Assembly: GCF_009914755.1 (NCBI RefSeq)
Contig: NC_060947.1
Direction: 5' to 3' (one strand)
Length of the DNA stretch: 64,000 bases
From: the human T2T-CHM13v2.0 reference genome, Homo sapiens
Part shown: positions 59,526 through 64,000 of the stretch, piece after piece
How the letters are laid out: the number at the start of each line of letters is the position of its first letter
Position numbering within the stretch: position 1 is the first letter of the stretch
Position numbers and translations under genes: made by a program
The notes under the pieces: model-generated
The model's input: the letters and a program-made list of their open reading frames with translations, nothing else
What the model was told of the DNA's origin: nothing
The model's database searches: none

Positions 59526-59744
59526 GTTTTTTGTTTGTTTGACATTTATGCAAAAAGCTGGGAGGTAAAATGGAATGGTGTTTTAGCCAGGACTCCTCTG
59601 GCTGCAGGAAACAGAAATTCATTCAAACTAACTCAACATTCAAAGGAAGTATGTTAAAATGATTCAGGGAGTCTTATAGAGATGGAGGGCAGCAAGTAGA
59701 TCCAGGTCTTAATGAAACAGAAGAATCATAAAACTAACTTAAGA

Positions 59745-60320
59745 TAAAGATAGGGAGATAGTGGTAGGGATACATATAGTGATAGACATAGATACAGTGA
59801 TAGAGAAATGGAAAGAGATATAGTTACAAATATATAAATGTAGTTATAGCAAGAGATATAATTATAGATATACAGATATAGGTACAATGATAGTGCCATA
59901 GGGATATAGATAACTAAGATATAGAGATAGAGCTATAATTATACATATAGTGATATAGAGGTATTGATATTATAGGCATGTAGGTAGATACAGATATAGT
60001 GATAGAGATACAGAAGAGATATTGTTAGGGATATATAGACATAGGGAGAAATAATTATGCATATATAGATATAGCAATAGTGATAGATATATAATTAGAG
60101 ATATGTAGATATAGATGAATATGGATATAATTATAGTTAAGTTATAGAGATATAATTATAGACATAGAGTTATAGATATTGAGAAATATCTAGATATCAA
60201 TGTATATATATGTAGATGTACTTGGTTGGTACAAAAGTTATTGCGGTTTTTGCCATGGAATGTAATGGCAAAACCACAGTTACTTTTGCACCAACCTATA
60301 CATGTAGATATAGATATATC
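59745..60320. repeat. Degenerate (TAGATA)n-type simple repeat
   Basis: About 570 bp of gatata/tagata/atagag variants. Confidence 0.85.
60221..60298. mobile_element. MADE1 (Hsmar1-derived MITE)
   Basis: TA|CTTGGTTGGTACAAAAGTTATTGCGGTTTTTGCCAT...ATGGCAAAACCACAGTTACTTTTGCACCAACCTA|TA palindrome. Confidence 0.93.
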
Positions 60321-60935
60321 CAAGGCCACCCAGTTCCTGAGCATTCCCTCCTGATTCATTGGACTTGTTCCTCCTGCTCCCCCAACTAACTGAGTTAGAG
60401 CTCCCCTGCTCTAACTTGATTTTGGACATGCCTTTGACTTGTCCCACCACAACTACAGTCCTTAGTGTCCCAATTCCACATTCCTGAAAGGAATAACATG
60501 GCTTTTATATCCACCCTGGTCCAATCAGCTATGGCCTAGGACAGTTGAGTCATAGGGTACAAACCACTATTTTTGGCCACCACTTCAGTAGGATTGTAGG
60601 AACTAGTTAACAAAATGCGGGGTCGGGCGGGGGGAGTTGATCATTTATTCATTGGATTAACATCCCTTCTTTGGTGAAATTAACCCAACCTTGCAATTTC
60701 AAATACAGTATTTTGGGGTCATGTTTGATTTTTTTTTCACTGTCCTGCCAAAGAAAATGTTGGAATCACAGAACATTAAAGGAAGACACTTGAGGATCCA
60801 GAATCCTTGGCAAATACAAGCATGCCTCAAAGACATTGCAGGTTTTATTCCAGACCACCATAATAAAGAGACTATAACAGTAAAGTGAGTCACACAAATT
60901 TTTTGGCTTCCCAATTTATATAAAAGTCATGTTTA

Positions 60936-61232
<297 letters not shown>

Positions 61233-61981
61233 TCATGCTATAGTCTATTAAGTGTGAAATGGCATTATGTCTAAAAAATGTACATATCTTAACTTAAAAA
61301 TTCTTTATTTTTTAAAAATGTTAATGATCATCTGAGCCTTCTGTGAGTTGTAACCTTTTCGCTGGTGGAGGACCTTGCCTTGATGTCAATAGCTGCTGAT
61401 TGATAAGGATGGTGGTTGCTGAAGTTTAGGTGGCTATGGCAATTTCTTAAAACAAAACAACAATGAAGTTTGCTGCATTGATGGACTCTTCCTTTTACAA
61501 AAGATTTATCTGTAGCACGTGATGCTGTTTGACACACATTTTATGTACAGTAGAACTACTTTCAAAATTGGAGTCAATCCTCTTAAAACCTGCTGCTGCT
61601 TTATCAACTAAGCTGATGTACTATTCTAAATCCTTTGTTGTCATTTCAATAATGTTCACAGCATCTTCAGCAGGGGTAGATTCCATCTCGAGAAGCCACT
61701 TTCTTTGTTCATCCATAAGAAGCAACTTCTCATCCATTCAAGCTTTATGATAAGATTGCAGAAATTCATTTACATCTTTAGATTCTAATTCTAGTTCTCT
61801 TGCTACTTCCATCACATCTGCAGTTACTCCCTCCACTGAAGTCTTGAATCTCTCGAAGTCGTCAATGAGAGTTGTAATCAACTTCTTCCAAACTCCTGTT
61901 ATTGTTGATATTTTGATCTCCTCCCACAAATTACGAATGTTCTTGATGGCATCTAGAATGGTGAATCCTTTCCAGAAAGTA

Positions 61982-62114
61982 TTTTTTATTATTTTTAGTA
62001 GAGATGGGGTCTCACTATGTTGCCCAGGCTGATCTAGAACTCCTGGCCTCTAGTAATCCTTGCCTCAGTCTCCCAAAGTGCTGGGATTACAGCTGTAAGC
62101 CACTGCACTCAGCC
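61982..62114 (-). mobile_element. FLAM/Alu left monomer in Tigger1
   Basis: Reverse monomer with TSD ctttc(c/t)agaa(a/g)gt. Confidence 0.9.
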
Positions 62115-62201
62115 CTTTCTAGAAGGTTTTCAATTTACTTTGTCCAGATCCATCAAAGGAATCACTATCTATGGCAGCTATAGCCTTATAAAATGTATTT
62201 C

Positions 62202-62647
62202 TTAAATAATAAGACTTGAAATTACTCCTTGGTCCATGAGATGCAGAATGGATGTTGTGTTAGGAGGCATGAAAACAACATTAATTTTGTTGCATATCTC
62301 CATCAGAGCTCCTGGGTGACCTGGTGCATTGTCAAGGAGCAGTAATATTTTGAAAGCAATCTTTCTTTCTAAGCCATAGGTCTCAATAGTGAGCTTAAAA
62401 TATTCAGTAAACCATGCTGTGAACAGATGTGATGTCAACTAGGCTTTGCTATTCCATTTATAGAGCACAGACAGGTGGACTCTGTATAATTATTAAGGGC
62501 TCCAGGATTTTCAGAATGGTAAATGAACATTGTCCTCGACTTAAAGTCATCAGCTGCATTAGCCTCAAACAAGAGAGTCAGCCTGTCCTTTGAAGTTTTT
62601 AGGCCAGGCATTGACTTCTCTCTAACTATGAAAATCCTAGATGGCAT
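62202..62647 (-). pseudogene. Tigger1 (pogo-like, DDE_1) transposase remnant
   Basis: [26 protein letters not shown] and [13 protein letters not shown]...[18 protein letters not shown], frameshifted. Confidence 0.88.
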
Positions 62648-64000
62648 CTTCTTCCTATAGAAGGCTATTTCATATCCACTGAAAATCTGTTGTTTAGTAT
62701 AGCCACCTTCATCAATGATGGTAGCTAGATCTTCTGGATAACTTGCTGCAGCTTCTCCATCAGCACTTGCTGCTTCACCTTGCAGTTTTACGTTATGGAG
62801 ATGGCTTCTTTCCTTAAAACTTCATGAACCAACCTCTGCTGGTTTCCAACTTTTCTTCTGCAGCTTCCTCACCACTGTCTTCATAGAATTGAAGAGTTAG
62901 GGCCTTGCTCTGGGTTAGGTTTTGGCTTAAGGGAATGTTGTGGCTGAAGACCTTTGACTCTTCCTTTCATTTGAACACTTAGAGGCTATTGTAGGGCTAT
63001 TCACTGGCCTAATTTCAATGTTATTGTGTTTTAGGAAATAGGAAGTCCTGAGGAGAGGGAAAAACTCAGGGAACAACAGGTTGGCAGAGCAGTCAGAACA
63101 CACACATTTATTGAAATTTGCCGTCTTTTGTGAGTGCAGTTCATGGCACCCCAAAACAATTACAATAGTAACATCAAAGATCACTGATCACAGATCTCCA
63201 TAACAGATATAACGATAATTAAAACGTTGGAAATATTGTGAGAATTACCAAAATGTGACAGACACACGAAGTGAGCCCATACTGTTGGAAAAGTGGCACT
63301 ATAGACTTGCTCAATGTAGAATTGCCACAAACCTTCAGTTTGTGAAAAACACAGTATCTGCAAAGCACGACAAAGTGCACTGCAATCAAGTGAGGTATGC
63401 CGAGATATAGATGTAGAAAGTGCGGCCCAAACAGGTGAATGGGCTTGTCCAGGTTGAGGAAGTTAGTTGGTAGATTCCTGAACTAGATCTTCATCCTCCT
63501 AATTTCCAGTCCTAGGCTCCTTTACCCAACAATGCTGCCTCACTCGAGAGTAGCAGAACTCCTTTGTGTCAGAACAACGTGGTTCACAACAAGTTATTAT
63601 CTGAGAGAATATCATTTTTAAGATTTTCTATTTTCTAAAAATCTTGCCGTCTAAAAATTACTTCATAAAATGATTTGTAAAAGTAGGGGATAAAACAAGG
63701 ACAGTTATATGTATAGGGCAGGAAGAACTGATCTTTTTCCCTTGTTTCTGCAGCACCCTGAAGTACTTCTGTTAATACTTATGTCATTAATTCTAATAAC
63801 ATGTTTACATTTATGTGACTCGGGGGAGGGATTATGTCTTATTCATCTTTATATTCCAACCAAACACAGTGTCCAGCACATGATTGGTGAAGGGACAGTA
63901 AATATTTGTTAAAGGAATGAACAAGCCTATAAACCATAGATGAGAACTTTCTGAAAATAGGAAGGTATATGTTTTCTACAAAAGAAAAAAAGAAATTTTT

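Overview
Primate (very likely human) genomic DNA that is intergenic or deep-intronic. I find no protein-coding gene, RNA gene, CpG island or prokaryotic feature. The recognisable protein-like ORFs are broken transposon remnants (L1 ORF2, L2, Hsmar2 and Tigger1 transposases) or Alu read-through frames. Roughly half or more of the window is interspersed repeats: about 20 Alu/FLAM copies, several L1s (including a 2.3-kb 5'-truncated L1PA with perfect TSD), L2/MIR relics, LTRs (LTR8A, MER67, MST, LTR16, MER90-like, MLT1), hAT elements (MER58, MER30, MER20, MER3, MER5, MER91) and a Tc1/mariner cluster at 48-63 kb (Tigger7/MER44, near-complete Hsmar2, MADE1, near-complete Tigger1). Families were assigned by eye from recalled consensus sequences, so subfamily names need RepeatMasker confirmation. 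The most notable items are an Alu-in-Alu near-palindrome, a 19-bp minisatellite split by Tigger7, a poly(A)-only insertion-like duplication, a CTCF-like motif, an FXR-type IR1 element and two small candidate exons. The sequence gives no support for a new biological system.
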